From: Diplonema japonicum | Taxonomy: Eukaryota; Protista; Euglenozoa: Diplonemea | Direction: 5' to 3' | NCBI GenBank assembly: GCA_964019335.1 | Contig: OZ025654.1 | Span: 186,001 to 250,000 of the forward strand | DNA: 64,000 nt | Part shown: one piece after another, positions 10,779 to 19,708 of the stretch | Layout of the letters: every line of letters starts with the position of its first letter | How positions within the stretch are numbered: the first letter of the stretch is position 1 | Made by a program: the position numbers and the translations under genes | Notes under the pieces: generated by a model | The model's database searches: none | Told to the model about the DNA's origin: nothing | Seen by the model: the letters and a program-made list of their open reading frames with translations, nothing else

Positions 10779-10879
10779 AACGCCTGTTAGACAAATTTCT
10801 GCCGCACGGGGGGGAAAAAATAAAACAAAAAAAGAGTGGTAAAGAACGAATGTAGAAACATGCATTTATACCTACTACT

Positions 10880-11290
10880 AAGTTAAGGCTTGTAACCAAG
10901 GACTGCTCTTCCTCGGGCAACATGCTGGGTCGCAAGGACTCGCGTGAGTTCTCTCGCCTCGTTGTAGATGTTCGAAGTCAAGGGAAGGCCAAATGCTTGT
11001 CATCAAGCAAAATCTCGAAGAAGATGTCGAGCTCCAGGTTTTGTTGACTATACGACTTGCTGACCCTGTGGTGCATGTTGCAGAGCAAAACAGTGTCGAG
11101 AAGTATGACGAAGATGGGCCATCCCCGTTTCCCGAACTCGTTTGCCAGCGATTACAGGTCCGTGGACAGACATATCAGAGCGAAGAAGTACGTCACCAGG
11201 GGCCGTCCGCGTAGCGAACAGAAAAGCCAAGGCCAGCATCGACACTGCTGCCCTGCCACACCGTTGATGTCACAGGTGAGTGTCTCCCTC
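10880..11290 (-). pseudogene. Possible decayed membrane-protein fragment or orphan exon
   Basis: Coding-like composition with no homopolymers; one frame reads LVTYFFALICLSTDL*SLANEFGKRGWPIFVILLDTVLLC (hydrophobic, internal stop). Confidence 0.25.
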
Positions 11291-11705
11291 CTGCCTCAGG
11301 TGTTCCGCTACTCTTGCATAAAATCTGTGCAAGGTGCCCATATGTGTATGCGACTCGGTGTCCCCCCCTCTCTCGTTTTGTTATTGTTTATTCGTTTGTT
11401 GCAATTGCACAATAAAAAAAAAGGCTTAGTAAAAGAGAGGGAAAAGAAAAGAAAACTTGTTCTTTTTTTTTTTGCTCGCCTAAAGAAAGGTAGGGGGGGG
11501 GGGGGGGGGAGCCCAAGGGCATGGGAGGGAAAGGGGGTTTGCCTCTCTCCTTCCCTTCTCTTGGTTTCCCGACTTTATTGTCATAGTCGAGCAAAAAAAA
11601 AAAAAAGAATGAAAAAGTGGAGGGGGGGGGGAGAAAATACAAATACCGCAATTTAATATATGAGTTAAAGGAAGTCTTTGTGAGACGCCCCCTTGTTCTC
11701 ATCTT

Positions 11706-14700
11706 CTACCTGCACCTATCCCCTTTCAGCAGCGGGTTCTCCTCCTTTGGTGGTCTTGCCGGCCTTCTCCCCAGCCTGGCCGCTCTTTCTCTTCGTTCTC
11801 TCGCCCATTGTCCTTTCAATGCCTCTAGGTCATGCTTGGTCTTCGGTGATGCAAATATCGCCCTCCTGTTCCATCCGATCACCGCCTTTGTCCTCCCGAT
11901 GGATCGTAGTGTGTGCACCCTTGTGCTCGGCTCAGCTGGGAAGGCCCTCCTTCCTTTCACCTTCTTCAGTACCCTCCCTAGCTCCCATGTGTGCCAGATC
12001 TTCTTCATCAGTCCATGCAATCTCCTCGCTTTCTGCTGTACTTCTGCGAGATCCCCCAGCTTCCCTCCAAGGGTCTTCCCGGTCACGTTCTCGAAATCCA
12101 GTGCCAGCTCCACCGTCGACACTGACGTGTTTCTGCTGCCTGCATACCAGCGCAGTTGCCGCATCCACCTCAGCACCTCCTTCGTGTACTCCCGTAGGAC
12201 ATCCCCTGCCGGTAGCTTGCCGAAGTCCTTGTCCGACGGTACTGGGTGTTCTTGACCTTGTGTGATCTCCAGCCACTGGTGTGTGTGGTACACCTCCTGC
12301 CTCTTCGCTTGTAGGGCTGCGTCCCGCTCCCCCACCACCGCCAGCAGGTACCTCTGCGTTCCTTCGAGCCTTTCCCTGACATCCTTCCCTGCTCCCCTTG
12401 GCAGGATGCCATGCAGCTTCGTACACGGTTCCAGCCCCCTGCGCGTCATGCCTTCGTGTTCTTCCCGCTGTTGCACTTCCTTGGCCTTTTCGCACTCCCA
12501 CAGTGCGTGCTCCAGCATGTTGGGCAGCTGTTGCTCCTGACCGCAGATGTCGCAGTGTGCCGTCGTGGGTTCGGCCTGCTTAGCTTCTTGCTTCCTCGCC
12601 TCCGCAATCAGCCACTTTTCGGTGTCCTGTCCTTCCTCTTCTTCTTCTTCTTGTTCATCTTCAGCCTCGTCTTCATCCTCGTCTTCTTCTCCTTCCGCCA
12701 TCGGGATGTGCTCCACCGTGTCCGTGCGCCATCCCCGTGGGTTGATGTAGAACACTGCCCCCGAGATGATCCTTCGCACGTCCCTTGCTGCAATCGGGTC
12801 CGTCACCACCAGCTTCCTCCACAGCGCGTTGGTCTCCGCTGCTGCCGCAGCTTCCATGCCCCCCATGGTGCTCCGTTTGCTCATGATTTCCTGTGCTTCC
12901 GCCCGCCTGAGTCGGTCCCTGATGTAGTGCTTGTAGGGCTCCTTTTCCAGTGCGTGGGTGTCCTTCAGCTGTGCCCAGCTTAACTTGATCTGAGGCAGCC
13001 ACCTTTCCATCATGATGCCCACCGGTCCCACCGGTATCTTCTTCCCGCTGTACCGTTTGGCAATGGCGTCGCAGCGTGTCCACAGCTTGTCGTCCTTCTT
13101 GCAGGCTCTGTATAGGAGCATAAGTGCTCTGTATGCGGCTGTCATCTGTGGGTGGCTCGTGTGTCCCGGCAGTGTCACGGATAGTACTGTGCCTGGGTTC
13201 CTGGTGCAGTACTTCTGCCCCCAGAGCGCGTACGTGGTCTCCTTCACCAGCGTGGCCATTTGTCCCGTTTTCGGCGGTGAGAATGGGCAGTCGTAGAGGC
13301 AGCTCGGTAGGATCGTGCTGCTGATGATCTTCGCCTTCTGCTGAAAGGACAACGGCGTTGCTCCCAGCCTGCTCAGCGTCCCGAGTGCCTCCGCCGTCCT
13401 GTCGCCGTTGGTTTGCGGCCTGCCGTCTGTCCGCAGCTTGGCTCCCAGTACTCCTACAGTCCGTGTCGGCTGCAGTTCCTCGCCTTTCACCTTCACCTCC
13501 GGTGTCTTCCTGTTCACTGCAAAGGTCTTCGTCTTCCTGGTGTTGAGCTTCATCCCCACCTGTTTGCAGAAGGCTTCCACTGCGTCTACGCCTTCCTGCA
13601 ACGCCGCACCGAGCCGTGCCAAGAGGTATGCATCGTCCGCGTAAGACAGCGAGCGGACCCCTGTGTCGTTCTCCACCTGCTTCATTAGTACCGCCAACAG
13701 CGCGTTGATGAGTACCACTGAAATCGGGCATCCCTGAAGGATTCCATTGGTTGTGTGGAACTCCTCCCCCACGCCTGCTGCGTACCTGAACCGTCTTCGC
13801 ATGCCTGCGTACATTCCTTTCAGTGCCCTGAGGATGCCTGTGTCCATGCCCATGTCCTCCACCAGCTCCAGAACCAGCTGTTGCGGTACACTGTCAAAGC
13901 ATTTCGCAAAGTCGAGTGCCACCCCGACTAGCGGTTTCCCCTCCAGAATGGATTCTTCGATGTCAAGGGCGAGGTCCAAAAGTGCGTCCTCTGTCCCGAA
14001 ACCCGTGCGGAATCCGTATTGCTTGTCGTGTATCCATTTCTCCTGCCAGATGAGGATATCAGACAGTCGCGCGCATGCCCAGAGTCTGTACACCGCAGAT
14101 GTGACTGTGATAGGCCTGTGCTCCAGTGGTCCCGCATCGTCGCACTTCGGTACGAGGGTAACCAGTGCCGTTTTCATGGCTTCCGGCCACCTCCCCGTTG
14201 CTTCGATCGCATGGAAGAGCATCGCCCAGGCGTCTAGTACTGACTCTGGTAGTTTCCGTAGCTCTAGCATCCTCCACCCGTCGATGCCTGCCGCGCTTTT
14301 CTTGCTTTTCTTTCTGAGCACTTCCCTCAGCCTTGCTCCCGTCAGTTGTGTCCTCTCCATCTCATGCCGTTGCACGAACTTGCTGTACTTTGCCTTGAAG
14401 GGGGCATAGAGGGGCTCCGGTCGGGACTCGTATTTCGCAAAGACGGTCTTCCACGCCTTGCGCATGACGCTGTCGATCAGTCCGGGGGACGCAAAGAGCA
14501 CCATCCCTTCCTTGACCGCCCTGGTTCCGTCGCTTTGACGTTTGCCTTTCGCGACTTTTACCAGTCTTGTTGTCTCGCGTCCTGCTGCAACCTCGGCCAG
14601 GTATTCTCGTCTCCGTGACGTGTTCGCCTCGGTCCTTTTCTTCCGTTCCTCAGCTGCAATTGCGTCTTCCATGTTCAGCGCTGCTGCCAGCATGTCCTCT

Positions 14701-16055
14701 ATGAGAACAGCGTCGTGCGGCACCGGTTCAGCTGGTACTGCCAGAGCCTTTGCTTCCCTGTTCACGTTTCTTATCGTGTTCAGGGTCGGCTTGCTTAGCC
14801 CCTTGTCCTCAACTGCTTGCTCGAGCTGTTGTTGCAGTGTCCGCGTCTTGAGCTTCAGCTTTTCCAGTCGCGCTTGCCATGTTGTAGCTGCACCCACCGT
14901 TCCCGTCGTCGTTGGTGCACACACTTCCTTCTCCTTTGTGCTGGTGTGTTTGCCTCTTCCGACGTACGCTGCCCTCCCCGGCGTCCCCACTGGTTGGTCT
15001 ATGAGGAGGTCTTCGGTGCACCGGGAGAGGGTCTCGAAGGCTTTTGTTATATTTCCTTCGTGCAGGTACTGTCGGAATCCGGCTGCTTCCACTGCTTCGG
15101 CTCCTTGTTCTTCCGTTGGCTCATCTGCCGTCTCCAGACCCCTCGGCAGCATGTATCGTTGTACCGTCATCCTGAATCTGTCGAGCTCAAGTGCAACCGT
15201 CAGTGTCCGGTGATCCGTCCCCTTGATCGCTTGGTTCACTTGGCATCCGGTGATGGCCGGTACTGCCTCCGGACTTGCCAGTATCCTGTCGATCCGCGTG
15301 GCGCAGTTCTCCCGTACAAACGTTGGATCAGGTTGTTTCCCTCTCCATTTTGCGCATAGGTCCGCTGTGTCCGCCCATCCTGCCTGCAGTGCCTTCCGCA
15401 GTTCCGGGGATCTTGCCTCGTCGGTGTTGAAGTCGCCAACGACGAGTATTGGCACATTGCCGAGCTCCTTCGCCTTCTTCCGCAGGATGTAGTGGAGGAG
15501 GGTCTCCCTCTTTGCGGTCTCTTCACGTCCTGTTCCTGCCGGGCAGTATATCGATATGATATGTAGCCATCTGCGTTTGCCATCGATTGCGACCTGAGTG
15601 TGCAGCCACCTCCTGCGTTGTTCTTCAGATTGGTCGTTGGTGTCCAGAGAACCTGGCAATGCTGTCCTGGGTTCTCGGATTAGGGTTGCCAGTCCTCCCC
15701 TCTGAGCTACCCAGTTCGAAGCGATTCCCTCCACCTTCCTTCCCGGCTGCGGCGGTCCCCACATCGGCTTCCACTTCTTCTTCGTCTTCTTCCCGAGCTC
15801 CCGCTCCATCTCCTGCTGCCCAGCTAAGGTCAGCGCCGTCTCCTGCGTGCAGATCACGTCGACGTCCAGCTTCGTCGTAACCTCCTCTATTTGGTTGCGT
15901 AGGGAGGCCACGTTCACTGTCGACACGTACATGTTGGGCCCAGGGTTCGGATGTATCCCCTGCGCCGTGAGCCTCGCGAAGTCCTCTTCCTCCTCTGACC
16001 CCGGTTTCCGCCTCCCCGTTTTCTGTTGGGGAGGTTTCCAATGCAGCTCACGCAT
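11706..16055 (-). CDS. LINE ORF2: 2A-like peptide, AP endonuclease, reverse transcriptase, acidic insert, CCHC zinc finger (start uncertain)
   Basis: APE motifs TVNVASL, VICTQET, LVVGDFN, RIDRIL, TDHR; RT motifs RPITV, QYGFR, LDFAKCFDSV, GILQGCPIS, SYADD; CDIC..EHALWEC. Frame open to 17261, but the part upstream of about 16055-16130 looks like a shadow of ORF1. Confidence 0.92.
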   Translation of the reverse strand: MRELHWKPPQQKTGRRKPGSEEEEDFARLTAQGIHPNPGPNMYVSTVNVASLRNQIEEVTTKLDVDVICTQETALTLAGQQEMERELGKKTKKKWKPMWGPPQPGRKVEGIASNWVAQRGGLATLIREPRTALPGSLDTNDQSEEQRRRWLHTQVAIDGKRRWLHIISIYCPAGTGREETAKRETLLHYILRKKAKELGNVPILVVGDFNTDEARSPELRKALQAGWADTADLCAKWRGKQPDPTFVRENCATRIDRILASPEAVPAITGCQVNQAIKGTDHRTLTVALELDRFRMTVQRYMLPRGLETADEPTEEQGAEAVEAAGFRQYLHEGNITKAFETLSRCTEDLLIDQPVGTPGRAAYVGRGKHTSTKEKEVCAPTTTGTVGAATTWQARLEKLKLKTRTLQQQLEQAVEDKGLSKPTLNTIRNVNREAKALAVPAEPVPHDAVLIEDMLAAALNMEDAIAAEERKKRTEANTSRRREYLAEVAAGRETTRLVKVAKGKRQSDGTRAVKEGMVLFASPGLIDSVMRKAWKTVFAKYESRPEPLYAPFKAKYSKFVQRHEMERTQLTGARLREVLRKKSKKSAAGIDGWRMLELRKLPESVLDAWAMLFHAIEATGRWPEAMKTALVTLVPKCDDAGPLEHRPITVTSAVYRLWACARLSDILIWQEKWIHDKQYGFRTGFGTEDALLDLALDIEESILEGKPLVGVALDFAKCFDSVPQQLVLELVEDMGMDTGILRALKGMYAGMRRRFRYAAGVGEEFHTTNGILQGCPISVVLINALLAVLMKQVENDTGVRSLSYADDAYLLARLGAALQEGVDAVEAFCKQVGMKLNTRKTKTFAVNRKTPEVKVKGEELQPTRTVGVLGAKLRTDGRPQTNGDRTAEALGTLSRLGATPLSFQQKAKIISSTILPSCLYDCPFSPPKTGQMATLVKETTYALWGQKYCTRNPGTVLSVTLPGHTSHPQMTAAYRALMLLYRACKKDDKLWTRCDAIAKRYSGKKIPVGPVGIMMERWLPQIKLSWAQLKDTHALEKEPYKHYIRDRLRRAEAQEIMSKRSTMGGMEAAAAAETNALWRKLVVTDPIAARDVRRIISGAVFYINPRGWRTDTVEHIPMAEGEEDEDEDEAEDEQEEEEEEGQDTEKWLIAEARKQEAKQAEPTTAHCDICGQEQQLPNMLEHALWECEKAKEVQQREEHEGMTRRGLEPCTKLHGILPRGAGKDVRERLEGTQRYLLAVVGERDAALQAKRQEVYHTHQWLEITQGQEHPVPSDKDFGKLPAGDVLREYTKEVLRWMRQLRWYAGSRNTSVSTVELALDFENVTGKTLGGKLGDLAEVQQKARRLHGLMKKIWHTWELGRVLKKVKGRRAFPAEPSTRVHTLRSIGRTKAVIGWNRRAIFASPKTKHDLEALKGQWARERRERAARLGRRPARPPKEENPLLKGDRCR

Positions 16056-17773
16056 TGTTCCTGCCTGCAGTTCTCCATGGCGCACACCCTCGCCCTCCTG
16101 CCTTTCAGCTGGCCATGACATGACCCGCATTGACCCTGTGAGGCTTGGTAGGTCGCTGACCAAGCATGGACATGCACCTTCTGCTTCTTCTTCTCCTTGC
16201 CTTGCAGCTTCCCTTCCGACGAGGTTGTTGGCTTCCTGTGGCCGGGGCTGCTGGGGTCGGGCTTCTTCGGCGACGGGGAGGGTGAGGGAGTCTGGCTCCT
16301 CTGTCGCTTCGGTGACGCTGCCTTGTTCGTGTTCGTGTTCGTGCTTGTCTTTTTCGGGGACACTGCACCTGCCGCCGCCGCCGTCGCAGGCTTCTTCTTC
16401 GCCGTCGGCGTCTCCGTGTTCTGTTCCGGAGTGCCGCTCCTCTGCCGCTTCGGGGATGCAGCGCTTGTCGTGGCTGCTGGGGTCGTCGCGGCCCTGTTCT
16501 CCATCGCCCTGCGTGCCACCTTCCTTAGCGCATCTTTGAGGCGGTCGACTTCGCTCTGCAACTTCGTGACGAGCATTTTGTATTGCTCTAGCTCTGTTGC
16601 GTTGATCGTGGTGTCCTTCTGTTGCTGTTGTTGTTGTTGTTGTTGTTCTTGCTTCTGCGGCTTCTTTGTCTTCTTCTTCTTCTGTTCTGTGGTCGTGTCC
16701 GCGGTCGCGTCCTTCTGCTCCCGTTCCTGCAGCTTCTCGGGGTCGGCGGCCGCCCAGTACTCCTCGCCCTTGTTCTTGCCGTAAAAACAGAGGAACTCGG
16801 GCTTGGAGTATCGTGTGTCGCAGTTTTCGTTGGGGTCCTTCCTCGTTTCCCCTTTCGCCACCACCATTTGCAGTGGTTGCTGCTTCCACGCCGCCGTCAG
16901 CGCCATCCGGTGCTCCCCCACCTGCACCTCGCCGAACGGGGGCTGCCCTGCCGACTGGACCACCGCCAGTTGCCGCCCCTTCTTCGGGATGACGCGAATG
17001 ACCGTCGCGTCCTTCCACCCGTTGTTCCGTAGCAAGCCCTGCACCTGCTCGCCCGTGATCCCGCGTGGCACACTGTGGAGGTCGAACTTTCGTCCGGCCC
17101 CTGTTCCCACCAGCAAGCCGGCCTCCTGTGCTTTGTGTCTGGCGTCGTCGCTGTCCAGGTTCCCGTCTTGCACCAAACCGAGACCCCTCCCGTTGCTTGT
17201 GAGGGTGGCCGTAGGTCCTCCGATCCCCCGCGCCGCCGCCACGTCCCACGTCCTCAGCCATAGTGGTGGCTGCTTCTCTCGCTTCCTCCTGCGGTCCTCT
17301 ACGAACAAGCCCCCCGCACCAGCCTGCTTCGCCTTCCCTTCTTCGTTGGCCGCCACGTAGACCAGGAGGTCCAGCTTGGTCAGCTGTCCCTCCAGGCCTC
17401 GCCTCTTGGCTCTGAGATCCCCCGCAGGGTGACTCCCAGCGCCTTGAGTGCCTTCACCGTCTCGTTCTTGGCGTCCGCTTGCACCTTCGCCCACCCGTCC
17501 TCCCCGGATGCGGCTCTCCACCAGATGGCTCGCAGTACGATCGTGCTGCTGCTGCTGCTGTCGTTGTCGTCGTCCTCGTCCATCCACTTCTCCTGCACCT
17601 CCTGCACCTGACGAGAAGGCCATTCCTTCGCCGTCACCTTCTGCGCTTGCACCGGCTTCACTGACCATTCGCGCCACCTGCACCCATGTTGATGATGCTG
17701 CCTCCTTCTGGGGAGTTTGCTCCCCCCCCTTGGGAGGGGACCCAGGGCCACCACGTGGAGGTTCCCCAGCCAT
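15914..17773 (-). CDS. LINE ORF1 (619 aa): RRM-like region, coiled coil, basic SP-rich tract, C-terminal Cys/His finger
   Basis: ATG 47 nt after a polypyrimidine-AG; FDLHSVPRGITGEQVQGLLRNNGW; coiled coil ELEQYKMLVTKLQSEVDRLKDAL; SPKRQRS twice; H-x12-C-x2-C-x11-C-x4-C-x4-C-x2-C. Confidence 0.82.
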   Translation of the reverse strand: MAGEPPRGGPGSPPKGGEQTPQKEAASSTWVQVARMVSEAGASAEGDGEGMAFSSGAGGAGEVDGRGRRQRQQQQQHDRTASHLVESRIRGGRVGEGASGRQERDGEGTQGAGSHPAGDLRAKRRGLEGQLTKLDLLVYVAANEEGKAKQAGAGGLFVEDRRRKREKQPPLWLRTWDVAAARGIGGPTATLTSNGRGLGLVQDGNLDSDDARHKAQEAGLLVGTGAGRKFDLHSVPRGITGEQVQGLLRNNGWKDATVIRVIPKKGRQLAVVQSAGQPPFGEVQVGEHRMALTAAWKQQPLQMVVAKGETRKDPNENCDTRYSKPEFLCFYGKNKGEEYWAAADPEKLQEREQKDATADTTTEQKKKKTKKPQKQEQQQQQQQQQKDTTINATELEQYKMLVTKLQSEVDRLKDALRKVARRAMENRAATTPAATTSAASPKRQRSGTPEQNTETPTAKKKPATAAAAGAVSPKKTSTNTNTNKAASPKRQRSQTPSPSPSPKKPDPSSPGHRKPTTSSEGKLQGKEKKKQKVHVHAWSATYQASQGQCGSCHGQLKGRRARVCAMENCRQEQCVSCIGNLPNRKRGGGNRGQRRKRTSRGSRRRGYIRTLGPTCTCRQ

Positions 17774-17794
17774 CTTTGATTGCGATTATTTTGA

Positions 17795-18352
17795 TTAATT
17801 CCAACCCAAATTACCAGCCCCTGAGAAAGAAGAAAAAAAAAATACCTTTACGGCTGACCCGCTGATACAATTGAACTCCTTAAGCTGCTGGTTCCATCGT
17901 TTGAAATTGTCGTTGATAGTTGTGATATTGTTCTGCATAGAGGGGAAGGTCCTTGCGACAGCAGTGAAGTGTGCGAGGCCTATACCGTTAATGAAGCCTA
18001 TCTGCCCCTCAGCAAGGGCACGTTCTTTATCGCGATCAAACATAGGGAGCACGGTCTCCCCCAGTTCACGCTCCTTGTCCCCTTGGCAGTAGAACTCTTC
18101 TGTAACAGCGACGGCCCATTTTTTTGAGATGGCGAATGGTTTTGTGATGTTGCTGATGTCGGCAGACTTCAGCAAAATCTGCAGTAGTGTCATCCTATGA
18201 TCGTCGTTGTGGAGATCGAAGCAGCCCATCGAACGCAGCGCGTCGTGCAGCTCCTTATGCCTTGCCATGTCAGTCGCGAGAATGCAGTTTATCATAATCT
18301 TGTAAGCGTGCTTCTGATCGTCTTGATTCAAGGAACTGAATATATCATAGTC
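17795..18352 (-). CDS. Class I cyclic-nucleotide phosphodiesterase, C-terminal half of catalytic domain (5' part lost at gap)
   Basis: CILATDMARH, LLKSADISN, WAVAVTEEFYCQGDKE, LPMFDR, GQIGFI; frame open up to the N-run (DYDIFSSLNQ). True C-terminus uncertain. Confidence 0.92.
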   Translation of the reverse strand, partial: DYDIFSSLNQDDQKHAYKIMINCILATDMARHKELHDALRSMGCFDLHNDDHRMTLLQILLKSADISNITKPFAISKKWAVAVTEEFYCQGDKERELGETVLPMFDRDKERALAEGQIGFINGIGLAHFTAVARTFPSMQNNITTINDNFKRWNQQLKEFNCISGSAVKVFFFSSFSGAGNLGWN

Positions 18353-18552
18353 NNNNNNNNNNNNNNNNNNNNNNNNNNNNNNNNNNNNNNNNNNNNNNNN
18401 NNNNNNNNNNNNNNNNNNNNNNNNNNNNNNNNNNNNNNNNNNNNNNNNNNNNNNNNNNNNNNNNNNNNNNNNNNNNNNNNNNNNNNNNNNNNNNNNNNNN
18501 NNNNNNNNNNNNNNNNNNNNNNNNNNNNNNNNNNNNNNNNNNNNNNNNNNNN
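18353..18552. other. Assembly gap (200 N)
   Basis: Run of N; true size and adjacency unknown. Confidence 1.
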
Positions 18553-19530
18553 TCGTGCGGGTTTGCGGGTTTGCGGGTTTGCCCCGGCTCCCATCAGGTC
18601 GACCTCTTCAACACCCATCTTCCGCAGATGGTCCTGGACAGTGCGCCTCGTCTCCTTCTCGCAGGGCCCCCTCCCCTCGTAGACGTCGAGGGTGACCTTC
18701 CTTCCATCCCTCACCCACGCCTTCACTTTGATCAGGTCCTTGACCTTTCCCACTGGGGCCCTTATCCTTGCATCGCTCTCCAAGAACTCACGTAGTGTCA
18801 CCTTGGTAGCGCCGGCTCCCGCCGCAATGCCCACTACCCCTTCCTTCCCCGGTGTCGGGTGGTGTCTGCACCCCCGGGTCTGCAACTTGACCACCCTCCA
18901 TGCCGTTTCCAGAGTCCCCTTGAGCACGCCACCCTTGAAACGAACAGGTTGCACCGCCGAACACCCACACGCGTACGTGATCTGGAAATCCTGGACCGTC
19001 CTCGGGAACTCGAACTCGCGGTATGTCTCCGACTTCTGCACCTTACAACCCACAATGGGGCTGCGGCGCTCTCCGTCTGACCCACCTTCCATGTATCCAA
19101 GTCCAGCAATACCAATCTGGCCAGCCATAGCCACCTCCAGCGGAACACCCAGCGACTCGGCCTTCGCAAGAAGCATCTCCTCAGTCCTCTCCCTTCCAGG
19201 GTCCGTTCCTTCTTCAAGGATGATCTCCACCCGGCCCTCGAACTGGATGATGAACTTGAGCAGTCGGTCCCCCGGCCTCGCCCTCAGTGGCACCATCGCT
19301 CTCGGAATTGGGATGCCCATCACCACATCAATCGGGTCAAGCTGAACGAAGTCTCCCCCTACTTCCACCTGCTGTTCCCTTTCCGGTGCCCCGACTCCCA
19401 TCAGCTGATCTCCCTCTGGCGTCTGGATCCCACCCCTAGGTGTGTCAGGCCCCGACTGGCTGCCTCCGCTCGGTGCGTTCCCGCCCTCTTTGGTCCCTTC
19501 AGGGGCGTCATCCGCCTGCGGCTTCAGAGT
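18553..19530 (-). CDS. Hypothetical ORF truncated by gap, possibly from a second mobile element
   Basis: Over 280 open codons; GC-rich and sense-purine-rich like the neighbouring LINE; frame stays open upstream of ATG 19401; scattered C/H residues (YACGC, GCRHH); no recognised domain. Confidence 0.45.
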
Positions 19531-19708
19531 CTGAAGTAGGTATAGATACGACCCCGAACTCGTCTTTATTCCATTATCTTATTGCAACCGGGTAGCGCAA
19601 TGTTGCATTTCGAGGCCACGTCTAGATGAACGTGGTAATGCTCATTTTGTGCCTGTCGTGCATGATTGATTAATAGGAAGCAGAAGGCAATAAGACTAAC
19701 GGCCAACC

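Larger units (their letters stand above)
11650..17830 (-). mobile_element. Non-LTR retrotransposon (APE-type LINE), apparently full length
   Basis: Two long overlapping ORFs; ORF2 has APE, RT and C-terminal CCHC; sharp composition change at both ends; very short 3' UTR whose end recurs at 55077-55113. Confidence 0.93.

Noticed and set aside
16131-17261. N-terminal ~375 aa of the 1851-aa ORF as true protein
   Set aside because: Overlaps ORF1 with no motifs; best explained as a stop-poor shadow frame, though not excluded.
17821-17845. 25-nt cis intron fusing PDE to LINE ORF1
   Set aside because: Removing it does not put the PDE in frame with the ORF1 ATG.
18557-18580. Telomeric repeat
   Set aside because: Only three GCGGGTTT units, not TTAGGG, and internal to an ORF.
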